Shown here piece after piece: positions 24,421 through 36,288 of a stretch of DNA of 64,000 nt. The notes under the pieces were generated by a model. That model searched no databases, was not told the origin of the DNA, and worked only from the letters and a program-made list of their open reading frames with translations. This stretch comes from Azolla caroliniana (lineage: Eukaryota > Plantae > Polypodiophyta). The position numbers and the translations under genes are program-made. The stretch lies in the NCBI GenBank assembly GCA_043228905.1, contig JBHGNT010000003.1, forward strand, positions 2,418,001-2,482,000, in the 5' to 3' direction. Each line of letters begins with the position of its first letter. Positions within the stretch are counted from its first letter, which is position 1.

Positions 24421-26752
24421 TCAATGAATTGACCTTATCTCACTCTTATATGTAAGGCTCCAATTTGTTTGTTTGTTTGTCTATGGTCTAAGAACTAATT
24501 GATTTGTATACAAACCAACTAATTAAACTAAGACAACTTTTTTTTGCATGTGTTCATGATCATTGATGTGACATATGGACAAAGGTGAGAGAGACACTAT
24601 AAACTATCATGCTTCGATATTATTCATTGTGCTCGAAGTATGCTAATGGAACCAATATAACTACAATCTACACCTTAACTTCATGCGAATATTTTTATGA
24701 AAAGATTGTCAATGCATTATATACATACAAACATACATACGTTTGTGTGTGAGTGAGTGTGTGTGTGTGCGCCCTTTAAGTAATTGAAGGAACCAAAAGA
24801 AATACCATTTCCACTTTATGCATATATTCCTTTAAAAGAAAGTCAATGCATTATATATACATATATGAGACTCGAGATGTATGTGTGAGCCCATACACTG
24901 TGAGCTGATTGGCCGGATAGAAACATGGAAACAAGAGGAATTAAAACTACAAAAAGACAATTAAGCACATATAAGTACTCACACAGCACTAAAAAAGTCA
25001 GTTAGCAATTAAACCTCTACATTCAGCCTAAATCAACATTGTCCTTATCATGACACCGCATATTAATTAATTCAATATACCAAAATTCTAGAAGACCTTC
25101 CTATACATCCATAATACATATATACGTTTTCAAATTAAAATGAATCAGTCTAGTACTCATATGAGACCTAAAGTGTATATAGCATTATGTTATAGTCTTT
25201 ATAATTTCTAGTAGCAGTAGTACAAGTTGCAAACAATAGAAAAGACAAAATAATGTCAAAAGTATAGAAAGTTGGAACTAATAATGTCCGAGAAAGGAAT
25301 CTATATCACTACCTTGGGAGTGAAAACTCATAAAAATGTCTATTGCTTTTTTAGAATGAGAACTTATAACAAAATTTATATCCCATAAATCATGACTTGG
25401 GAAGATGAAAGTTGAATCAAAGACTTGCGAACAACTAACAACTCGAGTATACGAAAACCACATTGCCATTTATTATTTGAGGCTAATCATATTTATTGTC
25501 CAAATTCTAATTCACTTAATCTCAACCATTTGTTATCTGTGCGCATGGAAATTCTTTTCATCCTCCTAAAGATAGCCAAGCCTCATTAGCTAGTTTTGGT
25601 GGGATCCATGAAGACTCTCAAGGTCTGGAATTCTTCTATTAAATCTTCTTTTCTATAATTAGTCTTGCTTCTTTACACTTTCATATATGTTATGCTCACA
25701 TTTTCATTATGAAATTGTGATGATGATGACAAGGCAACACCTTGAAGAACGTTATTGTTGAACTACAATGTGAAATTATTACGTTTCATCCCTCTATTCA
25801 CACCAAAAGGGAAGAGCTATGTAAATCTTCAATAACATATTCAAACAAGTATTTTCTCCCCTTCTGTTAAAATGCTCTAGTATTTTCATGCCTTACCATT
25901 ATTGCATTAGATTGTTTTTGATGTACTTTCATTGTTAAATAGCATTTTCTTAGTTGAGAGGGTGTCCAACATTTGTTCAACCGTAAAAAAATCAACAAAT
26001 TCAAAGTGGAAATGAACCTTCTTGAATGGATTTCAAGATGACAATGATTGAAATCTCTCACTAATATTTATGGCAAATTTAAAACCATGTTGCTTTCTAT
26101 AATGACTACTATGTAATCGAGAAATCAGAAGTAGTAACGAGATCCATATGCCACACATATTAAATCATATCTTGAGGAAGTGCTCAATTAAGTCTATCAA
26201 ACGAAGGATTCATGGCTAGCCATTGTCTTACACAAGACAAGTTGGGGAAGGATAGTCACTTCCTTTCCATCTATAATTTTGTATTTTGTAGCTAATATGC
26301 TGTTCGAAACTAATGGAAGGATATGTTTTCTTAAAAAAATAAAAAATAAATACAACTAAAATAAATAAAAAGTAAAAAATCATATCTTAGGAGGAGGAAA
26401 GTGAAAACAATGGAGACTTTGAAATAACTAACAATTGCAATATACACAAAACATGCTGTAAATTTATTATTTAAAGTTCCCATATATGTGGACAATCCAA
26501 ATTCCCAAGTTGGTTTATCTCAATCATTGTTAAGCTCTAACCCTACACGGGAATGTTGTTTTCTTCTTTCCCATGATAGATGAGCTTATCAGGATGCATC
26601 CTTAGCTAGTTTTGGTGGGATCCATTACCATTTATGGCATTGAGATTGGCTATAATTACTTAATTCTACCTATCATATCCATTTCCATCAAGCAATTACG
26701 AATTGTAATTGACATCGAGCAAGAACTACTCAAACACCCTGAACTACTCAAA

Positions 26753-26974
26753 CATGCTTCGTGGCTGATGGCAACCAATTTCTGTCTCTGTCTTCGTGGT
26801 GGTGGTGGGGACGTGAGTGTCCGAGGGGAAGGAAGAGAGGAGGGTGGGTATAGAACCATCAAAAAGTGGGTAAGAACAGACAACATCTTCTTACCTGACT
26901 GGAATGAGGCTAAGGCGGTGTGGAGTCCTTCGCCTATGATGATTCCCCAATCGACCCTGTTTCCTTCATACGCG
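26753..26974 (-). other. 222-bp templated insertion derived from the Gypsy accessory ORF (matches 59198-59419)
   Basis: It is near-identical to 59198-59419 and has abrupt junctions with the AT-rich flank. Confidence 0.95.
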
Positions 26975-27438
26975 GCATGGCCGAGATTAATGATAGTATT
27001 TGATACATTTGAAAAACCCAATGGCTGATCACATAAAGTTTCCTAGTTTATATGAAATTGGAATAGAGTTTAGTCTCAAATTGTCAAAAATTGGGTGAAT
27101 TGACTCAAAACATTCACATGTTGTAATTGCTTGATAGGAAATAAGTTCGAGTAGTTCTTAGTCGACGCACAAATCCTCACTTTATGATTTTAAAATCTGC
27201 CTACATTTTAATATCTTAAAATATAATCCATGAAATGCATGCTTATTCGTCGATCGATCAATTATAGTTTGTTCTAACTCCCAAAAACAATTGTGATTAA
27301 TTGATTTCCAAGCCAAATGTATAGAAAGTTGAAAGTGACCTACCATTGCATTATTGGTCTACAAGGAATCTATGTCCTAGCTTAGGAATAAAAAGTCATA
27401 GAAAAACACTACATGCCGAAATTGTGATTTCTCATTAT

Positions 27439-28265
27439 TGATCCGAAACTTAGTAGCACTTAAACACTTATGTAAAACAGAAATATGTTGTGCAAGATTT
27501 ATAAAAAAGAAACAAGAAAGATACACAGCAGATTCTATGCACAATACACCACAAATTTTAACGTGGAAAACCCTCAAAAGAGGTAAAAACCACGGGATCT
27601 AGTCCAAAACTAATTCACTATCATAATAAATCTGATACACCAAGTTAGAGTACTATGAGTAATCAAGGAATATGATGTTTCCTACAAAAAATTGAACTCA
27701 ACAAATAAGACACAAAAACCACCAAAACTCACATCACGTGGCTGATGACGGAGGCGGCGATGTCCGGATGTCTGAGTGTGCTGGTATACTTGAGAAAGAT
27801 TGAAGGAATCAGCTAAGAAAGAGAGTATGGGCTCTCTGAAACTTATTTTTCACTGTTGCAGCAGAGAAAATGCTCGTTCTCCCCCTTTTTAACACACTCA
27901 AAAAGAATGAGATACATAGTGTAGATATGTAACGTCTTCTTGTGTGAACCCCTTTCACACTATTTATAAAAAACAAGTTTTGGGTGTCCAAGGCCCATTC
28001 CATTTACATAGTAATGTGGACAGAAAAAACCTAACAATCTCCCCCTCTGGCCACATAGGAGAAGATTCCATTAAACCACTTAGTTTCTGTTCAGTCTAGC
28101 AAGATTGACACATAGCTCAAGCTTTTCTTTAGAGACTATCTTCGTCAACATGTCAGCAACATTTTCATCTGTGTGAATTTTCTTGAATTGTAGAAGTTGA
28201 TCTTCAATGGTCGAGCGCATCCAATGATACCTTACATCAATATGTTTCGTACGAGAATGGTTATT
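27439..28265 (-). mobile_element. Ty1/Copia 3' end: RNase H tail, PPT and ~600-bp 3' LTR
   Basis: It encodes HSRTKHIDVRYHW...NVADMLTK. The PPT (tctccccctct on +, 28038-28048) abuts the LTR start TGTTAG at 28036. The putative LTR end is at 27439, where flank paralogy stops. Confidence 0.8.
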
Positions 28266-28280
28266 AGAGACATGAACTAA

Positions 28281-28990
28281 TGTAACCATAAAATAAAGAT
28301 AAAAGATAGATAGATAGGTAGAAAGGAGAGGGAGAAAGAAGGGTGCCGATCTACCCGACCACCCCCGAGTGAAGGGATAGAGACGGACTCGAGCCTCAAT
28401 CGGCATCCCATACCACCGTCATGGCGTCGACTCGTACCTGATGCTGGCGCACTCGCTACAAGAGTTGATCCACCACGAAATAGAGTCTCGACGTAGTCAA
28501 CAAGATGATCAAATGAGGGTAGGTAGGCCTCTTATAAATAGCAATACCCAAGGCCCCTAGACAAGTTCACACTTGGCCTAATGGGTTGTCTCAATCCCGA
28601 GGATTAAAAGTAATCCTCCCCTTCTTTACACTCTCGTTTAACCCTCACACTTATCCAGGTGTATAGAATACTACGGTAAATTCTCACCACGGGATATTAT
28701 ATGGTCATGGCTGTAACATACTACCCCTCTTTAAAACATTGCACTCTTGCAATGAAAAGTTAGGGAAGTTAGTTCTAAGAGTATTTTTGCGTTCCCTTGT
28801 GGTATCTTTTATTAATTTATCCATCCATTTTATTTTAAATTCTCGGATTACTTTATTACATAGATTTGTTGTTATAACATCGAGAATTCTTTCTGGTACA
28901 TGTGGTTTAGAAGATAATTCTTCGGAAGTAACCAGAGTTTCAGTTGTAACAGTGTTCCCGGATTCGAAGCTAAGCGTTTCACCCATTCCA
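28281..28990 (-). mobile_element. Chromovirus (Ty3/Gypsy) 3' end: chromodomain, PPT and ~438-bp LTR
   Basis: PERILDV...NKVIREFKIKW...NFPNF is chromodomain-like. The purine tract AAGAGGGG precedes TGTTACA at 28718, and the LTR ends GGTTACA at 28281. Confidence 0.75.
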
Positions 28991-29403
28991 ACAGGGAAGC
29001 AAGTGACGAAGATGACTCGCTTGATATAATTCCATCACGAGGAGGGGGCATAGGACATGGAGCTTGAGCTTGGAGAAAAGGTGTACTAAGAAGACATGGT
29101 CTTTCTTCTTCTTCGTCGAGGTTTGAAACTTGTCTCGCCTTCGGAGAACTCCCCTAACTTTTCGAGCTACTCATCTTTAATGCAGGTTCGAGGTTATGGT
29201 CATGGCTTTCGATATCTGGAGTAGTCAACTTCTTTTTGATAGCACTAGTGTCTGAATTCAGTCCGACTTGACCCGCGATTAATCTTCGGTTCTCAAGTGC
29301 CTTCAAATACTTGACATACACGAGTTAGAGCAATGGCCCACCTTCAAAGCTGAATCTGTTGCTTTTTGATATAGAAGACCACATTGTGACTCTATCAGAG
29401 CCC

Positions 29404-31100
29404 CTAAGGGCTCTCACAAAATACTTTGACTTCATTAAGCTTTATGATGTCGAGCTCCTCAATGATCATCTTTATCCACAATCCTTCTTTCACCATTAAT
29501 GTCGTTGCAACATATTCCACTTCGGTGCTAGAAAGAGCCACAGATACTTGACAGTTGGTTCTCCATGCAATTTCTCCATCGGCAAATGTGAAAACCATAC
29601 AAGATGTGGAGTAGGAGGTATCAAGATCTACCCCCCCCCCAATCCGAATCCGTCCAACCAACTAATGGTGTTTGGAGCCAACCATTAAGTTGAGATGAAT
29701 TCCTAGCTTGGAAAGACTTGTATGTTAGACCTATGTCTTTAGTGTATTGTAGACAACGAAGAACTCGATTTAAAGCATTCCAATGAACTACTCTAGCATT
29801 TCGTATAAATCCAGAAAGAAAACCACCTGCGTAAGACAAATCCTGACGTGTACAAGTCACAACATACTTTATACTTCCAAGGATTTGTCGATAAGGAAGT
29901 GTTTTCATGAGTTGCTCTTCTTCCAGGGTCTTTGGACTATCATTGGATGATAGTTTGCACGGTACGGTCATTGGTGTTGCAATAAGTTTACAGTCGGACA
30001 TCCGGAACTTGTGAAGAATTTCTTTGACCAAGTTCTGTTGCAACATAGTAAGTGTGCCTTCCATCCTAGTCCTTGTTACCTTGATACCAAGGTAATACTC
30101 TAGTGGTCCAAGGTCTTTGACGGGAAACTTCTCCGTGAGTTGATTTATAGCCTTTCGCATTGAAGTAGTAGAGTTAACGGCAATTCACAAATCATCAACA
30201 TACACACCAATGATCACATAACACTTCCTTCCTTACGAATGTAAAGATTTGGTTCCGCTTGAAGACGCCGGAAATAAATAGACGCCGGAGCTTGTGGTGC
30301 CACATTCATGGAGATTGTTTCAAACCATACAATGACTTATGAAGCTTACAAACATACTCTGGGAATTTCAAATCTTCAAAAAACGGTGGTTGTTGCATGA
30401 ATATTTCTTCATTTAAGTCACCATGTAAAAATGCGGTTTCAATATCCATGTGGTGAAGTTCGAGATTGAAACCGGCTGAAAAAGCAAGCATGGTTCGTAG
30501 TGGAACCATTTTTAGTGCTGGAACAAATGTTTCTTTAAAATCCACACTAAGAATTTGCAAAAAACCACGAGCAACGACACGAGGTTTATATCTCGTCACT
30601 ACACCATGTGCATCCTTCTTCTTTGTAAGTACCCACTTACTAGATATGACATTGCGATTCTTCAGTCGTGGCACCAAAGTCCATGTTCCATTTCGCATCA
30701 GTGCATCCATCTCCGTTTGCATCGCCGACTTCCACATTTCACTCTCGGGACCATTAAGGGTTGCCTTTGGAGTGAGATTTATGTCTACAAGTGGAATATC
30801 ACCGTAATCATCTTCAAACTCGCCAATAGGCTCCAGTCCCAATTTTATGTTGGCCATAAGTGCTTCGAATGGTTGTGTGGCTTCCAAAATTTCGTAAATA
30901 TAACGAAATTTTGGCTTGATTGGTTGCGGTTGATCATCAAAATCTTCATTTGTTGGGTAAGTGTAGAGTGGAGAAGAAAATATATTGACATTAGGTGATG
31001 CTTCTGGTTTGAAACATGTATGTGGGTGACTTAAATTCACATGAGAACTATTAGTTATACTTTGGCTATTGTAAATAGGTGTGAATAAGTCATTGTCCGA
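29404..31100 (-). mobile_element. Degenerate Ty1/Copia pol (RT + RNase H)
   Basis: Motifs WKSAMQTEMDAL, SKWV, TAFLHGDL, SLYGLKQSP, YVDD (30195-30205), KDLGPLEYYLGI and ALSSTEVEY, with stops and frameshifts. Confidence 0.9.
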
Positions 31101-31149
31101 TGAAGAATAACATTGAGCAATTAGTTGCTCAACTGAATTGGAGCAATAA

Positions 31150-31646
31150 AAGGTCTACCTCTACCTCTCGAGTCCTTGCTCCTTCTCTACGATGGCGTTT
31201 CCTGAAGAAGAGGAAGAGGAAGAAGATGAAGATGAATATTATCAGATTCAATACTACAATTCCAATGGAATAAAACATATCAGTGATGAAGTATGAGAAG
31301 AGGAAACTTCAGCTCCATCTTCCACGACTTATATCGTGTTCGGCGGACCAAAGGATGTGCTGAGGAACCTCATTGCACCAGAAAAGGGTTTAGTCATGAG
31401 CTTAACATCAGAGAAGATGAATGGAGAGAGAGTACATGACAGTCATGAGCTTAACATCATTGGACATGACAATGGTTTCATCACTTAACTTCAGCTTGAT
31501 CTTCCACGACTTGTCGTGCACAAAGGCATGGAGGATGTGCTGAGTATTTCTCTCCGCCATGGCTGACGGCATCGGTCATTGCTGCAATCCTAATCCTTGT
31601 GCTAACATTATTGCAGACAGTCTACGCGATCTTAGGCTATTACTAG
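31150..31646 (+). pseudogene. Rearranged DUF247 3' fragment
   Basis: It encodes ISVMKYEKRKLQLHLPR, a second LQLDLPRLVVHKGMEDVL, and then YFSPPWLTASVIAAILILVLTLLQTVYAILGYY*. Confidence 0.85.
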
Positions 31647-32337
31647 TGCAATCGCTAATGAATCCTAGATCACATTAGGAAGCTCAAACACTATTAATTG
31701 TTGAGCTTTTATTTCTTGGTTCCTTTTATTTATTTATGTCTATTTGATTTATAATTATCCACATGAGCTTTTATCATTGTGGAACATTGTCCTAAGCATC
31801 TATTTGGCTATAAATAAGAACATGGTAACACATGGTATTGTATTTACAATTACTTGATCTCTGTTTAATGCATTAGTCAATAATTATTTGTTGCAATGAT
31901 TGGATTTGGATTTGAGCTTTAGTTAAGTAATTGTGCTGTTCATTCCCAATGAAGGATACCTTGTATCAACCGCATTCCATAATTAATAATACTAGGGTAC
32001 CATTAGAATGCCCAATCATAGCCATACAATGCGTAGTAACCAAAATCAATGAGCTGAAACTTATTTTGTTGGTTGCAACCCAGACATTGACAACATGCTG
32101 ATCTCTGTGAATCTAGCGCAATGCTGTGCCAATGCAAATACTTCTATTTTGATTCACGGCCAGTAGCGAGGGATGATTCTGGCATTGCTCATGAGCTATG
32201 AGGCAAGACTTGACCTGTGCTTAAGACCTTGCTTGCTGGCTTTCGATTGAGAAAATAGGTTGGACACAAATGTATTTCTGGTTGAATTTGTATTTTTGGG
32301 TTTTGAGTAATGCAGAAGACATCAAAATAACATTATC

Positions 32338-32373
32338 AACACGTTCGCGTTCACAAGTGGAAGGATCGCGCAT
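32338..32373 (+). repeat. Left terminal inverted repeat
   Basis: Sequence AACACGTTCGCGTTCACAAGTGGAAGGATCGCGCAT. Confidence 0.95.
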
Positions 32374-32622
32374 AAATGGAAGGATAAGGGAAATTTTAGG
32401 GGTTTTTCAATGATTTTACAAAACACATTGATACCAGTATCATACAAGTTCAAACATACTATGAAAAAGGTTAAAAATCCACTATTTTCGTGATTTAGAA
32501 GTAACTAAAAAAAGACGAATTTCAAAAACATACATTCTCAATTTATATCACAAACTTTACAACCAATGTTATTTTATAAGAAACGATTTTTGGGAAATCA
32601 TAAGAATTCAAAACACATGATT

Positions 32623-35064
32623 TTATATTACTCGATTTGTTACAAGCGGAATGTAGTTACACTTAATAGCCAAATATACATTCATGATCACTCCTTTACG
32701 GAGAATCACTACTATAACTAATATACAATGACGATTCCTCCTCATCATCCTCGTCAGTGCATTATCTTCGTCATAAACCAAATGGTTTGACTCTAGATTA
32801 TATGTAGCAGATCTCGTTTGCCTTTGACTCGAGCCACCTTGTAGACCTGGTAATTTTTCTTTTATTATATCTATTGTTGACTTCCTTAATCGTCCGGCTT
32901 TTGTAAGTGTGAAGTCGTACACGATGATATCCACATCAGAGATATCAAGGGTCGAGGTGTTACGAATGTTTCGCTTCCTCTTCCTACCTCCCCTTCTTGT
33001 TTGGCATTCAATCATCTCCAATGTATACTTACCTGTAAAAGCATTTGCACTTCTAGTGTTGTACCAATGAACATTTATAGACTTGATCGTGTTATCTATT
33101 TCATGCATTAGCACTTCTAGAATTTTACCAACCCAAAATTGGTGGCCATGTGAGTTCTCATCAGCCGGCGTTGCAATCAACATCCCCGCGGTGAGCTCTT
33201 GCAAATTTCCTTGCCATCTAGCTTCGGCTGCTTTGGTCATCCTTGGTCCCACATAAATGTCTCTTTGTTGTGGATGGACCAAGCTGTCATTAATCGCATT
33301 TACTAGTCGCTCCGGACTTCTATTTACGCGATCATGTTGCAGCGACCATGTGAATGGCGTTTCCAAATTCCAATTATCAACAGATACACAATTGTCTATA
33401 ATTTCTTTCTGATCACTATAAAATACATCCCACCATGACGTGTCTTGTTGTGCGGCATATTTCTTGGCGGCCTCAATATGTTTTCTTTTTTCTTCTAAGG
33501 CTTGGAGCCATGACCGTTTTTGTTCTAATACCAAGTCGCTCTGCAACTGTCCTTTCTTCTCAATTGGCATTTGCTTAGCTCCATGGACAATTGTACTCGG
33601 CATACAAAGTAATAACTGGCAACCACCTTCAGGTTCCCATGTTGTAGAAGATGAATATTGTTTAGCATACAAAAGTGTAGAACCACTTATTCCATTTTTC
33701 TTTATCAAAAAAATGTGATTGAAACTTATATTGTTTAACTGAGCAAGCACTTTAACATTCCCACCACCCCCATCTAATATATATCTCTTAAAGTCATATA
33801 CCTCCTTCAAGTGTAACACTTTTGGGCGTGGTGTATATGCATCACAAATGACATCAAATAGTTTAGGTAAAGTGAAAGCATCATGCCGAGACAACTGTCT
33901 GGAGAATGTGCTAAACATCTGATCTATATGGTCATGTGTGTGGCCAACCAAAAGGAAATTGACTTTCACTTTCCTAAACAATTCTAGGTTGACCAACATA
34001 CTTAGATAGCCAAATACAGTTGAATTTTTGTTCTCTCTAGCAGTATTGTCCAATTGAATGTATAGAACAGGGGGGAAAGGTTGTCCCCAAGACATCAAAA
34101 CTCGGTGAATCACTGTAACTGTTAGGTTAGGGTCATTGTGAACATTGGGGTAAGTAATGAAGACGTGATGTCGAACAGACCTATTATAAGCCAAGCATCC
34201 CACCAAGTGCATTTGAACAAGGCACTCATCATTGACATCTTTGGGGAGCCTCCGCATATGCGGCAAGCATGTCTTCTTCTGGTCCATGCCATCTATCATT
34301 AAGCACATGTATTGTTCAGGCCTCTTCAAACACTTCTCTCTATGATGCATCGCCTTCCTTCGTTCTAAGGATTGTGCCTCGCGATGCTCTTGTAGTAACT
34401 TCTTACTCGTATCCTTTTCCATTGATGTCTTTGCACCTTTAGCCAAACTTTTAAGATTTGCACAAATGGAGCAATAACCCATACGTACTTTACGAGGAAT
34501 AATAACATTTGAAAACCGAGCTCTCCATAATCTTGTGAATTGGCTATAGGTGATAGACTTATTACGTGAGCCTAGCATTTCAGATCGATAGACATCATAA
34601 ACTTCCCGACGGGTATAATTATCAGAAAGATGCATCCTACCTGTAGTGGGCATTACTTCACAATTTAACTGAAAGTAAGTTTTCATCCAGCCAATAGCTA
34701 GTCTTCCAATTGCACCTTTCATACTTGGAACCTCTTTACAATTGAGCATCTGATCCCCGCTAAGTAGATGTTGTTGTACTCTATGTAGCCGCATGTTACT
34801 AACACATAACACAATTTTGAATGCAACTCTACATATCTGTTGCGCATGGAAGATATAATACTCGAATGATACTTTGATCCCCGTACATTTGTCAGATACT
34901 AGTTGCATATGTGATCCGAGGTAAGTGTCTTGCTCATCACCGGTCATCGAAAAATAGTATCGCCTTAATTCTCGCAACTTTGATTTTCCAATCATAGACA
35001 TACAACCACGGGCACAACATATTTTGTTGACATCAAATCCAATCTGTTTATCTGATGTCACCAA
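32623..35064 (-). CDS. Sola-like DDD transposase (DUF7869-type core), ~813 aa, possibly with terminal frameshifts
   Basis: Three acidic motifs: LMIDGMDQ (~34292), YIQLDNTARENKN (~34049) and FLLVGHTHDHIDQMFS (~33923). It also has Cys/His motifs (CCARGC, CRVAF, CSIC..H) and lies inside the TIRs. Confidence 0.85.
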   Translation of the reverse strand: MVTSDKQIGFDVNKICCARGCMSMIGKSKLRELRRYYFSMTGDEQDTYLGSHMQLVSDKCTGIKVSFEYYIFHAQQICRVAFKIVLCVSNMRLHRVQQHLLSGDQMLNCKEVPSMKGAIGRLAIGWMKTYFQLNCEVMPTTGRMHLSDNYTRREVYDVYRSEMLGSRNKSITYSQFTRLWRARFSNVIIPRKVRMGYCSICANLKSLAKGAKTSMEKDTSKKLLQEHREAQSLERRKAMHHREKCLKRPEQYMCLMIDGMDQKKTCLPHMRRLPKDVNDECLVQMHLVGCLAYNRSVRHHVFITYPNVHNDPNLTVTVIHRVLMSWGQPFPPVLYIQLDNTARENKNSTVFGYLSMLVNLELFRKVKVNFLLVGHTHDHIDQMFSTFSRQLSRHDAFTLPKLFDVICDAYTPRPKVLHLKEVYDFKRYILDGGGGNVKVLAQLNNISFNHIFLIKKNGISGSTLLYAKQYSSSTTWEPEGGCQLLLCMPSTIVHGAKQMPIEKKGQLQSDLVLEQKRSWLQALEEKRKHIEAAKKYAAQQDTSWWDVFYSDQKEIIDNCVSVDNWNLETPFTWSLQHDRVNRSPERLVNAINDSLVHPQQRDIYVGPRMTKAAEARWQGNLQELTAGMLIATPADENSHGHQFWVGKILEVLMHEIDNTIKSINVHWYNTRSANAFTGKYTLEMIECQTRRGGRKRKRNIRNTSTLDISDVDIIVYDFTLTKAGRLRKSTIDIIKEKLPGLQGGSSQRQTRSATYNLESNHLVYDEDNALTRMMRRNRHCILVIVVILRKGVIMNVYLAIKCNYIPLVTNRVI

Positions 35065-35465
35065 GCTAAATCTAGCCAGACGAATTCTTCGTGGGATTCT
35101 CTAATATGCATAGGGCTCCCAGATTTCTCTTCCTGCATAGAGGTTGGTGTAACCTTGTTACAGTCTAATTCTCTGTTCTGACCATCGCCAATGTTATTCA
35201 ATGTTTCCTGGGCACTTCCTTCATTCCCGGTATCTTTATTAATATCGTATTCTTCAATAGAGAACTCTTCACATGTGTCATTATTTGCATTCCCTGTAGA
35301 TGAGCTCAGACAATATTCTTCGATAGAATATGGTGAGTCGGTCGAAAGACAATATTCTTCAATCGAATATGGTGACTCTGTTGATAAACAATACTCTTCA
35401 GTAGAAAACGATGTGTCTGATGACAAACAATATTCTTCAATCGAGAACGGTGAATCTTCACTCAT
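35058..35465 (-). CDS. Acidic repeat ORF, probable N-terminus of the transposase (joined by frameshift or intron)
   Basis: It has an ATG start, four 13-aa (39-bp) repeats of SP(Y/F)SIEEYCLS, and a 7-nt overlap with the transposase ORF in another frame. Confidence 0.55.
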   Translation of the reverse strand: MSEDSPFSIEEYCLSSDTSFSTEEYCLSTESPYSIEEYCLSTDSPYSIEEYCLSSSTGNANNDTCEEFSIEEYDINKDTGNEGSAQETLNNIGDGQNRELDCNKVTPTSMQEEKSGSPMHIRESHEEFVWLDLAW

Positions 35466-36138
35466 GGCTTAAGGTCTAGATAGGGCTCTCTAAGTTATAC
35501 TCCTCTCTAACCATATACTCCTCCCTAAACATAAACTTCTCTCTAAACAAAAGCCAAACCAATAGAATGTCTATATTATGTAATATTCTATTAAAATACA
35601 ATACATCTAAAAATTATTTTTAATAAAGTAATTTAACTTAAATTATCAATCATTATATAAACTAGATCTAAATGATGTTAAATCAAGTAAAATATAAAAC
35701 TAATCATTAACAAGCCTTGAATATGTTGGATTAATGTTAAAATCATTGGCTAATTAATGACACCCATTTTGATATAGAACGTCTCACTCATTGATTCTTT
35801 AAGGCTCACCATTTTAATTATTAGACTTATCAATCATTGGTTAATTCATGCCCACATCTTTAATACATAACTATTGAGAGTCATAAAATTTTTTGCTTTT
35901 AGTAATCAATCATTGGTACATTCATGAACCTCTATCATTGTCTCCTTCATAACCTTTGAGCTGATTGTAGGTTTTTATGAGTATAAAAGATTGATCAATA
36001 TATTAGTTTGACTTTGTAATCATTAATACAATCATAAGTTACTATAGTTAATGTGACTATGGTTACAAACTAACTATCCTCAAAGTTACCAACATTGGTT
36101 AAGATGACTATGGTTACTTTAACCATGGGTTCAATCCC

Positions 36139-36146
36139 TATAAATA
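36139..36146 (+). promoter_or_regulatory. Putative TATA box of the ParB-MTase gene
   Basis: cctTATAAATAgg-type motif lies ~150 bp upstream of the predicted ATG at 36289. Confidence 0.6.
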
Positions 36147-36172
36147 GGAAGACCTCATCATATTTCACTCAC

Positions 36173-36235
36173 CAGAGCGTACAGAGCGTACAGAGCACTC
36201 AGAGCACACAGAGCACACAGAGCACACAGAGCACT
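36173..36235 (+). repeat. 9-bp tandem repeat CAGAGC(ACA/GTA/ACT) x7 in the predicted 5' UTR
   Basis: Seen directly in the sequence. Confidence 0.9.
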
Positions 36236-36288
36236 CAAGGCACAAAGCACGAAAGCGCGATCTCCGCCTCCACACAACACGATCAACC

